DNA from: Felis catus
Lineage: Eukaryota
Assembly (NCBI RefSeq): GCF_018350175.1
Contig: NC_058368.1
Span: 91,824,001 to 91,888,000, forward strand
Length of the DNA stretch: 64,000 nt
Direction of reading: 5' to 3'
In this document: positions 47,480 to 59,815 of the stretch, in pieces
How positions within the stretch are numbered: the first letter of the stretch is position 1
Layout: each line of letters starts with the position of its first letter
Position numbers and translations under genes: made by a program
Notes under the pieces: model-generated
Told to the model about the DNA's origin: nothing
The model's input: only the letters and a program-made list of their open reading frames with translations
Database searches by the model: none

Positions 47480-48620
47480 AGCAGGTAGTGTGAACAAAAT
47501 ACTGATTGGGCACCTACAGTGTGCTCGGGTCTGAGCACTGAGGAGAGGGTCACAGAAGTAGGCAGCAAGCCTTGCCCTCACGGGGCTTATGTGCTGGTTG
47601 GGGAAGACAGGCAGTGAGTAGGTTTCAGTATGTTAGAAGGTTAGTGTGTTACGGGAAAAAATAAATAAATCAGGACAGGGTGACTGGGCACGCTGGAGGC
47701 AGGGGAGTGCAGGTGACAGTTTTATTTTTTTTAAGTTATTTGTTTATTGGGTTGCCTGGGTGGCTCGGTCGGTTAAGTGTCCAACTTTGGCTCAGGTCAT
47801 GATCTTGCACTCAGTGAGTTCAAGCGCCCCATCAGGCTCTGTGCTGACAGCTTGGAGCCTGGAGCCTGCTTCAGATTCTGTGTCTCCCTCTCTCTCTGCC
47901 CCTCCCCCACTTGTGCTCGGTCTCTATCAGAAATGAATAAATGTTTATGGGGCACCTGGGTGGCGCAGTCGGTTAAGCGTCCAACTTCAGCCAGGTCACG
48001 ATCTCGCAGTCCGTGAGTTCGAGCCCTGCATCGGGCTCTGGGCTGATGGCTCAGAGCCTGGAGCCTGTTTCCCATTCTGTGTCTCCCTCTCTCTCTGCCC
48101 CTCCCCCGTTCATGCACTGTCTCTCTCTGTCCCAAAAATAAAATAAACGTTGAAAAAAAAATTCTTTAAAGAAATGAATAAATGTTTAAAACAATTTTAA
48201 AGTTATTTATTTATTTATTTATTTATTTATTATTGGAGAGAGAGAGGGAGAGAGAGAATCCCAAGCAGGCTTTGCACTGTCAGCACAGAGTATGGCGCAG
48301 GGCTCAAATTCATGAACCTCGAGATCATGACCTGAGCCGAAATCAAGGGTCAGATGCTTTACCGACTGAACCAAGGTGGCAGTTTTAGATGAGAGGTGAC
48401 ATTTGAGTAAAGAAGCAAAGGAAGTGAGGGAGTTCACCAGGTGGCCATCTGGAGGAAGTATATTTCAGGAAGGAGGAACAGCCAGTGCAAAGGTCCTGAG
48501 GTGAGAGAAAGGAATAGCACAGACACCAATGTAGCTGAAGCAGGGGTGAGGGAGACCTACGGAAGTAATTGATGGCAGATGAGGACAGGAGATAACAGAG
48601 ACCAGATCACTCAGGACTTC
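47480..48620 (-). mobile_element. L2 fragment interrupted by three SINEs
   Basis: AATACTGATTGGGCACCTAC...; GAGGTGACATTTGAG...GAGGAACAGCCAGTGCAAAGGTCCTGAGG. Confidence 0.75.
47749..48380. mobile_element. CanSINE (+), young SINE in its tail (47949-48169, +), then a tail-to-tail CanSINE (48195-48380, -)
   Basis: 19-bp TSD AGAAATGAATAAATGTTTA around the young copy. Confidence 0.92.
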
Positions 48621-49378
48621 AGACAGAGAGGGGCCAGCCTGCGGTCATGCAGGCTTGCCACACCCGGGACCCAGCATCCACATTCCTGGCCCTTCCCCAG
48701 CCTCCCCAACCCAGGGCTCAGGGCAAAGCCAGAGGCGCAGCCTTCCGTGGAAAAAAACGTTCACCTCCCTGTCCTTGTCCGCTTCTCCTGTTGATCTGCA
48801 GATTTTGAAAACAAAATGCGGACCCTGTCACTCAGAGAGGAAGAAGCTTATTGTGAGTGCTTTGCGGAGCCCCATTCAAGCACGAGCCTGTGAGAGGGGG
48901 CTGCCCATCCTGGGGGCATGTCACAGTGCCCTGACCACGAGGTCTCAGCTTAGGGGAGCTGAGAGCTGTTTGGGGGAGGAAGCAGGAACTGTCTTCGGTT
49001 CTCCAGACAAGGTTCTCATTCTCTCTTTGAGGACCCAGCAGGGAGGGCCCAAGACAAGGAGTAGGTGATGGAGCCTGGTCCTGCCCACCGTCAGTGTGGC
49101 CCGGGGGAGGTCTGCCCAAGGGTCTCCTTGCCAGGGACTCAGTCTCCTCACCGTCAGAATAGAGGGTCAGAGCAAGCCGGCCTGGCAGGTGGGAGGTCCC
49201 CATCTCATGGGACGGCTGCAGAGACTCTGACTTTGAGACCGGACTTGCCTCTCAGCGCCCCAGCCAGTGCACATCAGTCACAGGTGCTTTATCTCATGGT
49301 CCTTTCCCACACACGGAACAATGACAGCGTGGTTTCTTGGATGGAAGGTGGTAATGTCATGTAAGAAAAGCTAGGCCT

Positions 49379-49600
49379 GGGGCACCTGGGTGGCTCAGTC
49401 GGTTAAGCATCTGACTCTGGGTTTCAGCTCAGGTCATGATCTCATGATTTGTGAGTTGGAGCCCCGCATCGGGCTCTGCGCTGACAAGTGTGGAGCCTGC
49501 TTGGGATTCTCTCTCTCCTTCTCTCTCTCTGCCCCTCCCCAACTCACGCTCTCTGTCAAATAAATAAATAAATTTTAAAAGAAGAAAAAAAAGAAAAAAA
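49379..49600 (+). mobile_element. CanSINE
   Basis: Full element. Confidence 0.95.
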
Positions 49601-50066
49601 GGCTGGGCCCTGCCCCTGTCTACCTCTGTTCCAGTGACTAGACTTGCTCATTTCACAGGGATGCAGGGTTTCACGGGTCCACAGGGAATGGCAGCCCCGT
49701 GCTCATGAGCCTTGGTAAATGGTCCACACATGCCCAGGGCCATGGTGTCAGCTCATCCCGGAGGGATTTCGGACTGTACCGCAGACCCTGTATTTTAACA
49801 AGATCCCAGATGAGTCGCACTTGAGGTTTGAGGAGCCCAGGCCTGGAGGATGGGGAGGTTGGCAGGGGTGGCCTGACTGTGACCTCAAGGGCCTGCGTGT
49901 AGCTGGTGTGGTGGTACTGAGGGGGCTCTTCCTGCCCCAGGGGCAAAGGCAGGGGTGAAAGTTGGCTGCCAAGACCACCAACTTTCCTAACCCTTCGATC
50001 GACTCCTGGAGCACCCATAAAGCTGTTCTGACACAGCCCTGTGGGAAGCTGTCTGTTACTCTTAAA

Positions 50067-50272
50067 TTTTTTTTTAGCGTTTATTTATTATTGAGAGACA
50101 GAGCACAAGTGGGGGAGAGGCAGAGAGAGAGAGGGAGACACAGAATCTGAATCAGGCTCCAGGCTCTGAGCTGCCCGCACAGAGCCCAACGCGGGGCTAG
50201 AACTCCCAAACCGAGAGGTCATGACTTGAACCAAAGTCAGACGCTTAACCGACTGAGCCACCCAGGCACCCC
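50067..50272 (-). mobile_element. CanSINE
   Basis: TSD AAGCTG(T/C)CTGTTACTCTTA. Confidence 0.95.
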
Positions 50273-52069
50273 AAGCTGCCTGTTACTCTTACATGAGCCC
50301 ATTTTTGGTGCTGGTCAGAGAGGTGTCCTGGTTCTCTACCAGGCCTGTCCTTGCCTCAGACTCCATGCTTTCATGCATTCATTCCTGGTAAGAGCCCTGC
50401 AAGGAGGGAATGTAATCCCCAAAGTCAAAGAGCTAGTGACAGGCAACACCAGAATTCCATCATTGCCACCCACTGGTCCATCCAGCCCTCCCATGTAGCC
50501 ATAGCCACCCACTCATCCCCTGCAACCATCCATCCACCACTCATTCACGAGCCCACCCTTCCACCCCCAGTGGGATGTCCCAGGGACTAGGCTGTGCCCC
50601 GAGGAGACACAGGTAACTAAAATACATGACCCCTGCCTTCCCAGAGCTGGAAGGTTAATACAAAATAAGCCATCTTTGCGAAGTCTCGTTTTCGGTAGGA
50701 TTTTTATTCAGAAGCGATTATGTAAGGTAAAAATCTTGCATGGTTCATCCCTGCTGAAAACCCCGCGGGTTCCCCATAAAATGCAAGAATGCACCATCTT
50801 TCTGAAACCCCACAGAGCCAGTGTTTGCTCCAGTGCTGGGGGGTGCAAGGGGTGGGAGGCGGAAACAGCCTGGGAGAGCATTCAGGACCCCTTGAGTACC
50901 AGACGCTCAGCTGGAGGCTCTCCCCCAGGCAAAGCCCTAGCAATCAAGGCCTACTAAGTGGCTGCAAATCCATTTCCCCATTTACTCCAGTGTGTAAGTG
51001 AATATATCCTTGGTATTTAAATCATCGATCTTTTGTTTTCCCCTAAACATAGTTAGCTACGAGTCACTGAGCATGTATCTCCATTGCACAGCCAAGGAAC
51101 ACCAGGGACTCACTCCTATGGCCGGCACCTTCCCACTCCTACCACAGCAGACCAGCGGGACAGAAACAGATCAGACCTCTACCTGTGCACCCTTTACATA
51201 TGGACGAGTTGAGACCCAGAGAGGGGCAGCATAAAGCCTTGAGTGAAACACCCATCATGACCTCCTCTGCCTGCATGCCAGTGCAGGATCTGTGGCTTTA
51301 TTAACAGAAGCATAACATCTTCAGCAAGGGAGGTGATTATCCTGCGTTGCCCCGAGGACTCAGTTCCTGGGAACCATGGTGTAGAGGGATGGAATGTATT
51401 AGATGGGGCAGGCTGGAAGAGGCTTCCAGGATGGCAGAGGGTTGTTGAATGCACATCTCGCAGAAATGCTTCTGGAAACTGGGGGTGTGGATTTGCCTGT
51501 CCATCTCTTAGTGGCCTTTGTGAGGAGTGGTTGTGTTTGCTCTGTATGGTCCCCAGGGAGCATCTGGGGTTTAGCACATGGTTTCTACCAGACACAAGCA
51601 ACTGCTTTATCTGGTGCAAGATAAAGCACCAGGCTGCTGCCCCAGCCTCAGTAAGAAACCGGATGTTGCTTTTCTGGCTCAGACACCTTCTCAGGATCTT
51701 CCAGGATGGTCTCAGGCATGCGTGGATTTGCCCAACAAGCTGCCTTTGGACCCAGGCTGCTGCCCCACACTGGGGAAGCCTGTCCTTGGTGTCAGTAGGG
51801 CAGGCTTGTTACAGCTCCTTGTGTGCTCACGGTGTGGTCTGGATGCTTGGTCGCTTGTGTTATCTCCCTGTGCTCTCTGGACATCATGGAAATCCAGCTC
51901 AGAGTGACCGGCCGAGGTGTCACTGTCCTCCCGGGAGGGCTGGTTCTGAGGTGGGTCCATCTCCCTGCCTGTGCTCTCTGCACCATCCCCCTGCCTCCCA
52001 GGTGAGACGCAAGGAAGCTTCAGGAGCACGTGCTGGACGTGAGCCCCCAAGGGTCCTGGGTGTAGAAAG

Positions 52070-52300
52070 TCATAGTTAAGAGTGCAGCCCTGGGGTGAGA
52101 CTGCCTGGGTGGAACCCCCCACCCACAGTCCCCACGTGTGTGGCCCAGAGTGTGTTACTTAACCTTTCCAAGCCTGTTTCCTCAGCGATAACACAGGAAT
52201 TCCTAGGGTCGTACATTACCTGCCTGGATGTGATAAACCACACACAGCCCTTAGCAGCACCATGCTCAATAAATGTCAGCCATCGTAATTATCCTTATTA
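52070..52300 (+). mobile_element. MIR
   Basis: GTTAAGAGTG...TTACTTAACCTTTCCAAGCCTGTTTCCTCA...GCTCAATAAATGTCAGC. Confidence 0.8.
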
Positions 52301-52356
52301 TTATTTTGGCTCCTCTCTGATCCCAGGAACCCCTTCCACCACCAAAAAATGATGGT

Positions 52357-52570
52357 GGGGGCGCCTGGGCACCTCAGTCAGTTAAGCATCCTACTTTGGC
52401 TCAGGTCGTGATCTCGCTATTGGTGGGTTCAAGCCCCATGTCGGTCTCTGTGCTGACAGCTTAGAGCCTGGAGCTGCTTCCGATTCTGTGTCTCCCCCTC
52501 TCTCTCTGCCCCTCCCCTGCTCTCTCTCTCTCTTTCTCAAAAATAAGTAAACATTAAAAAAAAATTTTTT
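52357..52570 (+). mobile_element. CanSINE
   Basis: Full element. Confidence 0.93.
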
Positions 52571-53319
52571 AAGTGATGATGGACAGTGAATGATGCCTTT
52601 GTACTCAGAGGAAGAAAGTCAGTAGAGGGGCCCCAGTTTGGACAGAGAAGGAGCCTCCAATCTGTGGGTGCCAGGGGAGCCCCTGCAAAGCCTCCCCCAT
52701 CCCTGTAGAGCCTACGTACCCCTAGGGCAGGGGACTGTAGATATGGAAGGATTCACCCCCTGCCCCCAGCTCCTTCCCACTCTGGATCTCCAGGAGCCTG
52801 GCAGCCAGCCCAACTCGTGAAAGGGTCTCATGTGTTTGAATTTACTCCGTGTTATGGCACTAATGTTAAAACGAGGGAGAGGCAATGTCTGGACTTTGCC
52901 ATGAGAGCCTGCCTCCAGGGCAAAAAAGCCGGCAGGGCTTTTGCACAAACTTGGGAGGGACTGTCCGCTTCTTCCTGGGGGCTGGCAGCACGGGAGGGAT
53001 AGCACAGGATACGTGTGATCCCCACCCACCCCCATTTCCACTCTCAGACCCCTCTGAGAAGGCCCGCTCCCTCCAACTGAATTCTGCCAGTGAGCCACAG
53101 ACAGAGGGGAGAGATCCGCATGATTCCCATTTCTGCCTCTCTGCGCCACTGGCTTTGCCTGAGAAGTATTTTTATTCTTCGGGAATGAAAACCATGCCTC
53201 TGTAAAACGGAAGGCTTGGAACACCAGCTGCACAAAAGCTGCACTTTCTTCGGCTTCGCGCTCTCTTTTTCCCTTCTACCCACTTGCCTTAGCCAGCTTC
53301 CCCCACCTCCCTTTAAATT

Positions 53320-53741
53320 TTTTTAACACTTTTTTTTTAAGTTTTTTTTACTTATTTTGAGAGAGAAAAAGAGAGAGAGAGGCAGAGAAAGAATCCCAAG
53401 CAGGTTCCACACTGTCCGTGCGGAGCCCGACGTGGAGCTTGATCCCACAAACCGTGAGATCGTGACCTGAGCTGAAACCAAGTGTCAGACGCTTAACCGA
53501 CTGAGCCACCCAGGCACCCCTAAATTTTGTTTATTATTATTTTTTACTGATTATTTATTTTTGAGAGAAAGAGTGTGAGCGGGGGATGGGCAAAGAGAGA
53601 GGGAGACAGAATCCAAAGCAGGCTCCAGGCCCTGAGCTGTCAGCACAGAGCCCAACATGGGCTCAAACTCACCAACCGTGAGATCATGACCTGAGCCGAA
53701 GTCGGATGCTCAACTGATGAGCCACCTAAATTTTGCACCCC
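53320..53741 (-). mobile_element. Two tandem CanSINEs
   Basis: TSD-like TAAATTTTGTTTATT around the second. Confidence 0.92.
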
Positions 53742-53839
53742 TAAATTTTGTTTATTTTTAAAACCATCATTAAGTCAGAGATGAGACAGGCTGCCCTTCC
53801 AGAAGCAAGAGGAACCGTGAGCCGGGGTCTCTCGCTTTA

Positions 53840-54650
53840 ATTATGGAAGCGAAATGCACGTAAACACAAAATAAACCCGGTTATGCGAACAACCCAGTGA
53901 TATTTAATATAGTCGCGGTGTTGTGCAACTGCCACCCCTACCTACTTCAAAAAACATTGTCAGCGCCCCAAAGGGAAACCCCGTACCCATTACCAGTCAC
54001 TCCCTACCCACCCCCTGCTCCCTGGCAACCACTCACGTACTTTCTGTCTCTGTAGATTTGTAGATTTGCCTCTTCCAGGCATTTCATACCGATGGTGTCA
54101 TATAATATGTGGCTCTTTGCGTCTGGCTTCTTTCACTCAGCGTCATGTTCTCAAGGTTCATCCATGTCATAGTATCGGTACTTCGTTACTTTTTATAGCC
54201 GAATAATATCCCGTCCTATGGCTGTGGCACATTCTATCCATTCACATGTTGATGGACATTTGGGTTGTTTCCACCTCGTGGCTGTTGGGGATATTGCTGC
54301 TTTGAACAATGATGTACGTACACCCAGATGTTTCAACACTTGTTTTCAGTTATTTGGGGTTTATGCCTAGGAGTGGAATTGCTGGCTTTTAGGGTAGCTC
54401 TGTGTTTTACTTCGTTGTTGTTGTTGTTTTTTTTTTAATGTTACATTTATTTTTGAGAGAGAGACAGAGTGTGAGCAGGGGAGGTGCAGAGAGAGAGAGG
54501 GAGACACAGATTCTGAAGCAGGCTCCAGGCTCTGAGCTGTCAGCACAGAACCCAGTGCTGGGCTCGAACTCATGAACAGCGAGACCATGACCTGAGCCAA
54601 CGGAGCAAGGCACCATTCTGTTTTACTTTTTGAGGAATGGTTGGATTCAC
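53840..54650 (-). mobile_element. L1MB-like 3' fragment split by a CanSINE (54415-54613, -)
   Basis: GTCTGGCTTCTTTCACTCAGC...GTTGATGGACATTTGGGTTGTTTCCACC...CCTAGGAGTGGAATTGCTGG. Confidence 0.9.
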
Positions 54651-54669
54651 TTAGGTTTCACTGACTACC

Positions 54670-55140
54670 TGGTGTGTGTGCCAGCCTGCAAATTCGTATG
54701 TTGAAATCCTGACCCTCGATGTGATGGTTTTAGGAGGTGGCCTTTGGGGAGGTGACTGAGTCAAGAGGATGGAGCCTCACAGGTCATAGTCTCATGGTTC
54801 ATGGGTTCGAGCCCCGCGTTCAGCTCCACGCTGTCAGTGCAGAGCCTGCTTGGGATTCTCTCTCTCCCTCTCTCTCTGCTCCTCCCCTCCCCCGCTCAAA
54901 ATAAATAAATAAACTTAAAAAAGAGAGAGAGAGTAGAGCTTCATGAATGAGGTGAGTGCCCTCATAAAAGAGACCTTAGAACTCCCTTGCCCTTTCTGCC
55001 ATGTGGGGGCACGAGAAGAAGACAGCCATTTATATGAACCAGGAGGCGGGCTCTCACTGGACACCCAATCTGCTGATCTTAGACTTCCCAGCTTCCAGAA
55101 ATGTGAGAAATAAAATTTCTGTTCTTTATAAGCCACCCAG
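54670..55140 (+). mobile_element. MLT1A-like LTR with a 5'-truncated CanSINE (54780-54930)
   Basis: AATTCGTATGTTGAAATCCT...GACTTCCCAGCTTCCAGAAATGTGAGAAATAAA...TATAAGCCACCCAG. Confidence 0.88.
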
Positions 55141-55141
55141 A

Positions 55142-55264
55142 GGGGCGCCTGGGTGGCTCAGCCCATTGAGCATCCAACTCTTGATTTCAGCTCAGGTCAT
55201 GATCCCAGGGTCGTGGGATTGAACCCTGCATTGGGCCCTGGGCTGAGCACAGAGCCTGCTTGAG

Positions 55265-55312
<48 letters not shown>

Positions 55313-55850
55313 CCTCCCACTCTCTCTCCTTCTCCCTCTCTCTCTTAAATAAATAAATAAATAGGGGCACCTGGATGGCTCAGTCAGTTAAGCATCTGAC
55401 TTTGGCTCAGGTCATGATCTCGTGGTTTGTGAGTTCAGGCCCCACGTCAGGCTCTGTGCTGACAGCTCAGAGCCTGAAGCCTGCTTGGGATTCTGTGTGT
55501 GTGTCTCTCTCTACCCTACCCTGCTCACATTCTATGTATGTCTCTCTCTCAAAAATAAATAAGCATTTAAAAGATTTTAAAAACAATGGGGCGCCTGGGT
55601 GGCTCAGTCGGTTAAGCGTCCGACTTCGGCTCAGGTCATGATCTCACGGTCCGTGAGTTTGAGCCCCACATCGGGCTCTGTGCTGACAGGCCTGGAGACT
55701 GTTTCGGATTCTGTGTCTCCCTCTCTCTCTGACCCTCCCCTGTTCATGCTGTGTCTCTCTCTGTCTCAAAAATAAACACTAAAAAAAAAAAAAAATTTTT
55801 TTAATAAAAATAAGTAAATAAAAGATTTTAAAAACAAAAACAAAAAAACA
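55142..55850 (+). mobile_element. Three stacked CanSINEs
   Basis: Heads at ~55142, ~55364 and ~55588; TSD AAAAGATTTTAAAAACAA around the third. Confidence 0.93.
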
Positions 55851-56038
55851 AAGGGCTTGTTTTCCCTGTTAGCTTACCAGCTCATACAGGGCAAGAAAAA
55901 GCTTACAATCAGCTGGCGAATACAGCCACCTAGAAAGCTGGTGACAGAGCAGTTATTGACATACCGTGGATCATTTGGAATTCTTTGCAAACACGGTCGA
56001 TTAATTATAGCTTGAATATAATGAGTGAACTGTCACTT

Positions 56039-56063
56039 TGCAATAAGTTGGCAACTTATTGCA
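56039..56063. repeat. Perfect 12-bp inverted repeat with 1-nt spacer
   Basis: TGCAATAAGTTG-G-CAACTTATTGCA. Confidence 0.95.
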
Positions 56064-56486
56064 GTGTCCAGTGGTAGTTCCAAGTCCCCTGGGCTCCTGG
56101 CAGACCCTTCCCCTGGATTTGTCAGTCTATACTGACAACAGGCTGGGCAGAAACTCCTTTTTGAGCTCTTTTCTCCTCCCTGGGAAGATGCTGAAGTTTC
56201 ATATAGGGCTGGGAGGGTTGGCAAATTCTAGCATGAGAGTCTCCAGATATTAAGTGTAAACCAGACCATTTGCCCTCAGAGGTCCATGAGGGAATAACCT
56301 GTGTGTGTGTGTCCAGGTTCATAGAATAAGTTCATGGTGAGAGTCCTGTGGTCTAAGCAGTTGACATCCTTATTTTTGTCTTCTTTTTTCCTTATACCTG
56401 CTGAGAAGGAATGTTCTTCCCATGATGACACTGGATGGAAACTCTGCTGTGCCCCTTGAATTTCCTGGTCACCTGCCTTCCATCAC

Positions 56487-56717
56487 TTTTTGAGAGAGAA
56501 GGGCGGGGGGGATAGAGGGTACAAGGAGCAGGAGGGGAGAGAGAGAGAGAGAGAGACAGAGAGACAGAGAGACAGAGAGAGAGAGAAGAATCTCAAGCAG
56601 GCTCCGTGCTGTCAATACAGAGTCCCAAGTGGAGCTCCATCCCACGACCGTGAGATCATGGCCTGAGCCGAAACCAAGAGTGAGACACTTAACCGACTGA
56701 GCCACCCTGGCGCCCCC
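56487..56717 (-). mobile_element. CanSINE
   Basis: Reverse-complement element. Confidence 0.92.
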
Positions 56718-57106
56718 CACCCCATACACAGTTTTGATTTGGAAAATATGTTGTCTACTCCAAAATAATTATGAACACATCACTTTCATCCAAAGGTCTC
56801 AGAAGCGTCAAAATGTGGGATTCCTGTGAAATTGCACCTGTCATTTCATTAGGAAACGTTTTGCTTCTGAAAGACCCTCTTGGTTGGCCTACACCAGCTG
56901 GCCCTCGGGGAAGCAGAAAGCTGACCTTCCCGTCTGGCTGTTCTGCCTTTAGCCCGTTTAACTCCGGGCCTTCCCACGGGCCAGGCTCCCTTGCCTTACT
57001 TGGGGGGCAGGGTGTATCTCTAACTATGGGGGGGTGCTCCTCTTGCCTTGAAGAAAATTAGAAACTTCCCCAGGCTGATCCAGACATGACATGTTGGGAC
57101 GGATTG

Positions 57107-57169
57107 GGAGTTCAAACCCTGCATTGGGTTCTACGCTGAGCATGAAAACTACTTAAAAAAAAAAAAAAA
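57107..57169 (+). mobile_element. 5'-truncated short CanSINE
   Basis: GAGTTCAAACCCTGCATTGGGTTCTACGCTGAGCATG...CTACTTAAAAAAAA. Confidence 0.75.
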
Positions 57170-58444
57170 GCACAGCTTAGGAAAAGCAAACCAAGGGAGT
57201 GCTTGGGTAATGCTCCCAGCTGGAGGCTCTCAAGTGTGCAAGTGGTAAGCACTCTGGTCCCCTGTGAACTGCTAACTGGTATGCGTTCCCCTAAGCTCAG
57301 TTCAGGAGCGTGAGACGGGGAGAGGTTGGCCAGTGCCTCCTGCTGGCTCCCTTCCTGCCCTGCAGTAGGAAGTCCTTGCTTTTGGAGGGAGGGCAGGACT
57401 GGCAGCGGGGTTATGGTCTTGGTTCAGATACATGCCTTGGGCAGTCCACTTCCACCTCTCTGAGCCTCGGTCTCTCCTAATGCAGGCATTAACACCAGCT
57501 TAAGAGAGACATCGTGAGGCTCCCTGGAGATTTGGGCACACCCAGCACGGTGTCAGGCACATGTAGAGCTTCACAGATGTGAAGTAAGCTGGGTTATAGT
57601 TGTATAGTTGCGGGGGGGGGGGGGGGGCGGACTGACGTGCGTCACCGCCCATCCCAGGAGAACAGGAGAAAGGTGATTCTGCAGTTAAAAATGGAGGCAG
57701 GGAAGGGCTGGGGGTGGCGGGGCTGCGCCTGCAGCCTGGGGGGCCTCAAACTCTCCCCCAGGGAATGGGGTGGAGGATGGGGACAAGACCACACACCTGC
57801 CCAGCTACTCCCCCAGGGAGAAGGGGAAGATCTCTCCCCAGAGGCTTGCAGATGTCTTCAAGCACCAGAGGGCTGGCCAGGGGTTCATTCACTGGGAAGT
57901 CCAGCTGCCCTGTGGTTACCCTCACAGCCCCCAGCCAGGTTTGGGGATCCCCCTATCACCAAGGCAGGAAGAAGCCGGAGTGCTTTCCCCATGCTGGGTT
58001 CCCTAAACTCACCCCCCACACCTCACTCCACTGGAACAGATGCCGAGACCCCCGGAAACAGCCCCCTGTCCAGGATTTCCATAAAGAAGGACATCCTCCT
58101 GGCCCTGGGTTGAGGACAGAGGGCCTGCTGGTTAGAAGCACCAAGAGGAAAGGACGTAGAGGGGACTATAGGAGCCCCAAGACTGTATGCCTCGGATCCA
58201 GGAGATTGGGGTGCATTTCACCAAGGACTTGGTCATCCGGGTGGTCTTAGAGGATGCATAGGCATTTACCAGGCTGGAGACTGAAGAGGGAAAGGGTGTG
58301 GCTGGACAGGGAAGCAGCCTGGATAAAGGGCAAAGGGTCTGTGCTTGCAGGGATGGGGGAGGGGAGGAAGGAAACCAGGCTGGATTCATACAAAGGGCTT
58401 TAAATGCCATCAAAAAGAGCTGGAACTTGATCCCACAAGGCTAT

Positions 58445-58945
58445 AGTCACAAAGGGGCAGCCCCAGGGCAAACCCTGACTCCGGTGTTGAGCTTCTGGGG
58501 TTTTTTGGTTGTTCTTTTGGGGGATTTTTTTTTTTTTTGGCCTGCAATGTATTTTAAATGTGACTTAACAATTTAAAATATGGGACATTTCACGTTAAAT
58601 CCTGGTTTCTGGCTTCTCTTGGAAAATGGAAGGATCTGGAAACGGTTCATTGTAACTACAGAAGAGCTGCCCCCTTTAGATATTTGATACTGTCTCCAGG
58701 GCATCACAATCTCCACTATTCCTTATTGTCTCCCGGGCCCTAAAATTGTGTATCAGTCACCATTTACTCTGGGACTTCCATTTCCCTTTCTCCTAGTAAA
58801 GAAGGGCTTCTCTGAATTGGATTTGTGTATCAAATACAGACCAAAAGGCTGCCTCGCAAGTCTTTGCTAATGGGTCTGTTCCCTTTATCTATGTGACCCA
58901 CTTATCCACCCACTTATCCCTTTAGGCAGTAGGGTTTGAAACTGC
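58445..58945. mobile_element. MER102-like (hAT-Charlie) element
   Basis: TTTGGCCTGCA...ATTTAAAATATGGGACATTTCAC...TTTCTGGCTTCTCTTGGAAAATGGAAGGATCTGG. Confidence 0.7.
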
Positions 58946-58947
58946 CC

Positions 58948-59815
58948 GGGGAGTGCCTGGGTTGCTCAGTCGGTTAAGTGTCTGACTGGCTCAGGTCATG
59001 ATCTCAAGGTTTGTGAGTTTGAGCCCTGCGTCGGGCTCTATGCTGACAGCTCGGAGCCTGGTGCCTGCTTCGAATTGTCTCCCTCTCTCTCTCTGCCCCT
59101 CCCCTGCTTGTGCTCTGTCTCTCTCTCAAGAATAAATAAACATTAAAAAAGAAAAGTTTAGGGGCGCCTGGGTGGCGCAGTCGGTTAAGCGTCCGACTTC
59201 AGCCAGGTCACGATCTCGCGGTCTGTGAGTTCGAGCCCCGCGTCGGGCTCTGGGCTGATGGCTCGGAGCCTGGAGCCTGTTTCCGATTCTGTGTCTCCCT
59301 CTCTCTCTGCCCCTCCCCCCGTTCATGCTCTGTCTCTCTCTGTCCCAAAAATAAATAAAAAACGTTGGAAAAAAAAAAGAAAAAAAGAAAAGTTTAGGGG
59401 CACCTGTGCTGACAGCTCAGAGTCTGGAACCTGCTTCAGATTCTGTGTCTCCCTCTCTCTGTGCTCCTCCGCCACTCATGCTCTGTCTCTCTCTCCTTCA
59501 AAAATAAATAAACATTGAAAAAAAAAAGTTTAATAAAGAAAGAAAGAGGGGCACCTGGGTGGCTCAGTCAGTTAAGCTTCTGACTTCGGCTCAGGTCATG
59601 ATCTCTCGGTTTGTGGGTTCGAGCCCCACGTCGGGCTCTGTGCTGACAGCTCAGAGCCTGGAGCCTCTGCTTCGGATTCTGTGTCTCCCTCTCTCTCTGC
59701 CCCTCCCCCACTCATGCTTGCTCATGCGCGCTCCCTCTCTCAAAAATAAATAAACGTTAAAAAATAATGTATTAGAAAGAAAGAAAGGAAGGAAGAAAGG
59801 AAGAAAGAAAGAAAA
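58948..59815 (+). mobile_element. Four stacked CanSINEs, including a young copy (59161-59380) and an internally deleted copy (59397-59530)
   Basis: Four heads; TSD AAAAAAGAAAAGTTTA around the young copy; outer GAAACTGCC / AAAACTGCC. Confidence 0.93.

Noticed and set aside
51333..52079. Longest ORF in the track (248 aa)
   Set aside because: Non-ATG start, Cys/Trp/Gly-rich random composition, no recognisable domain or exon boundaries
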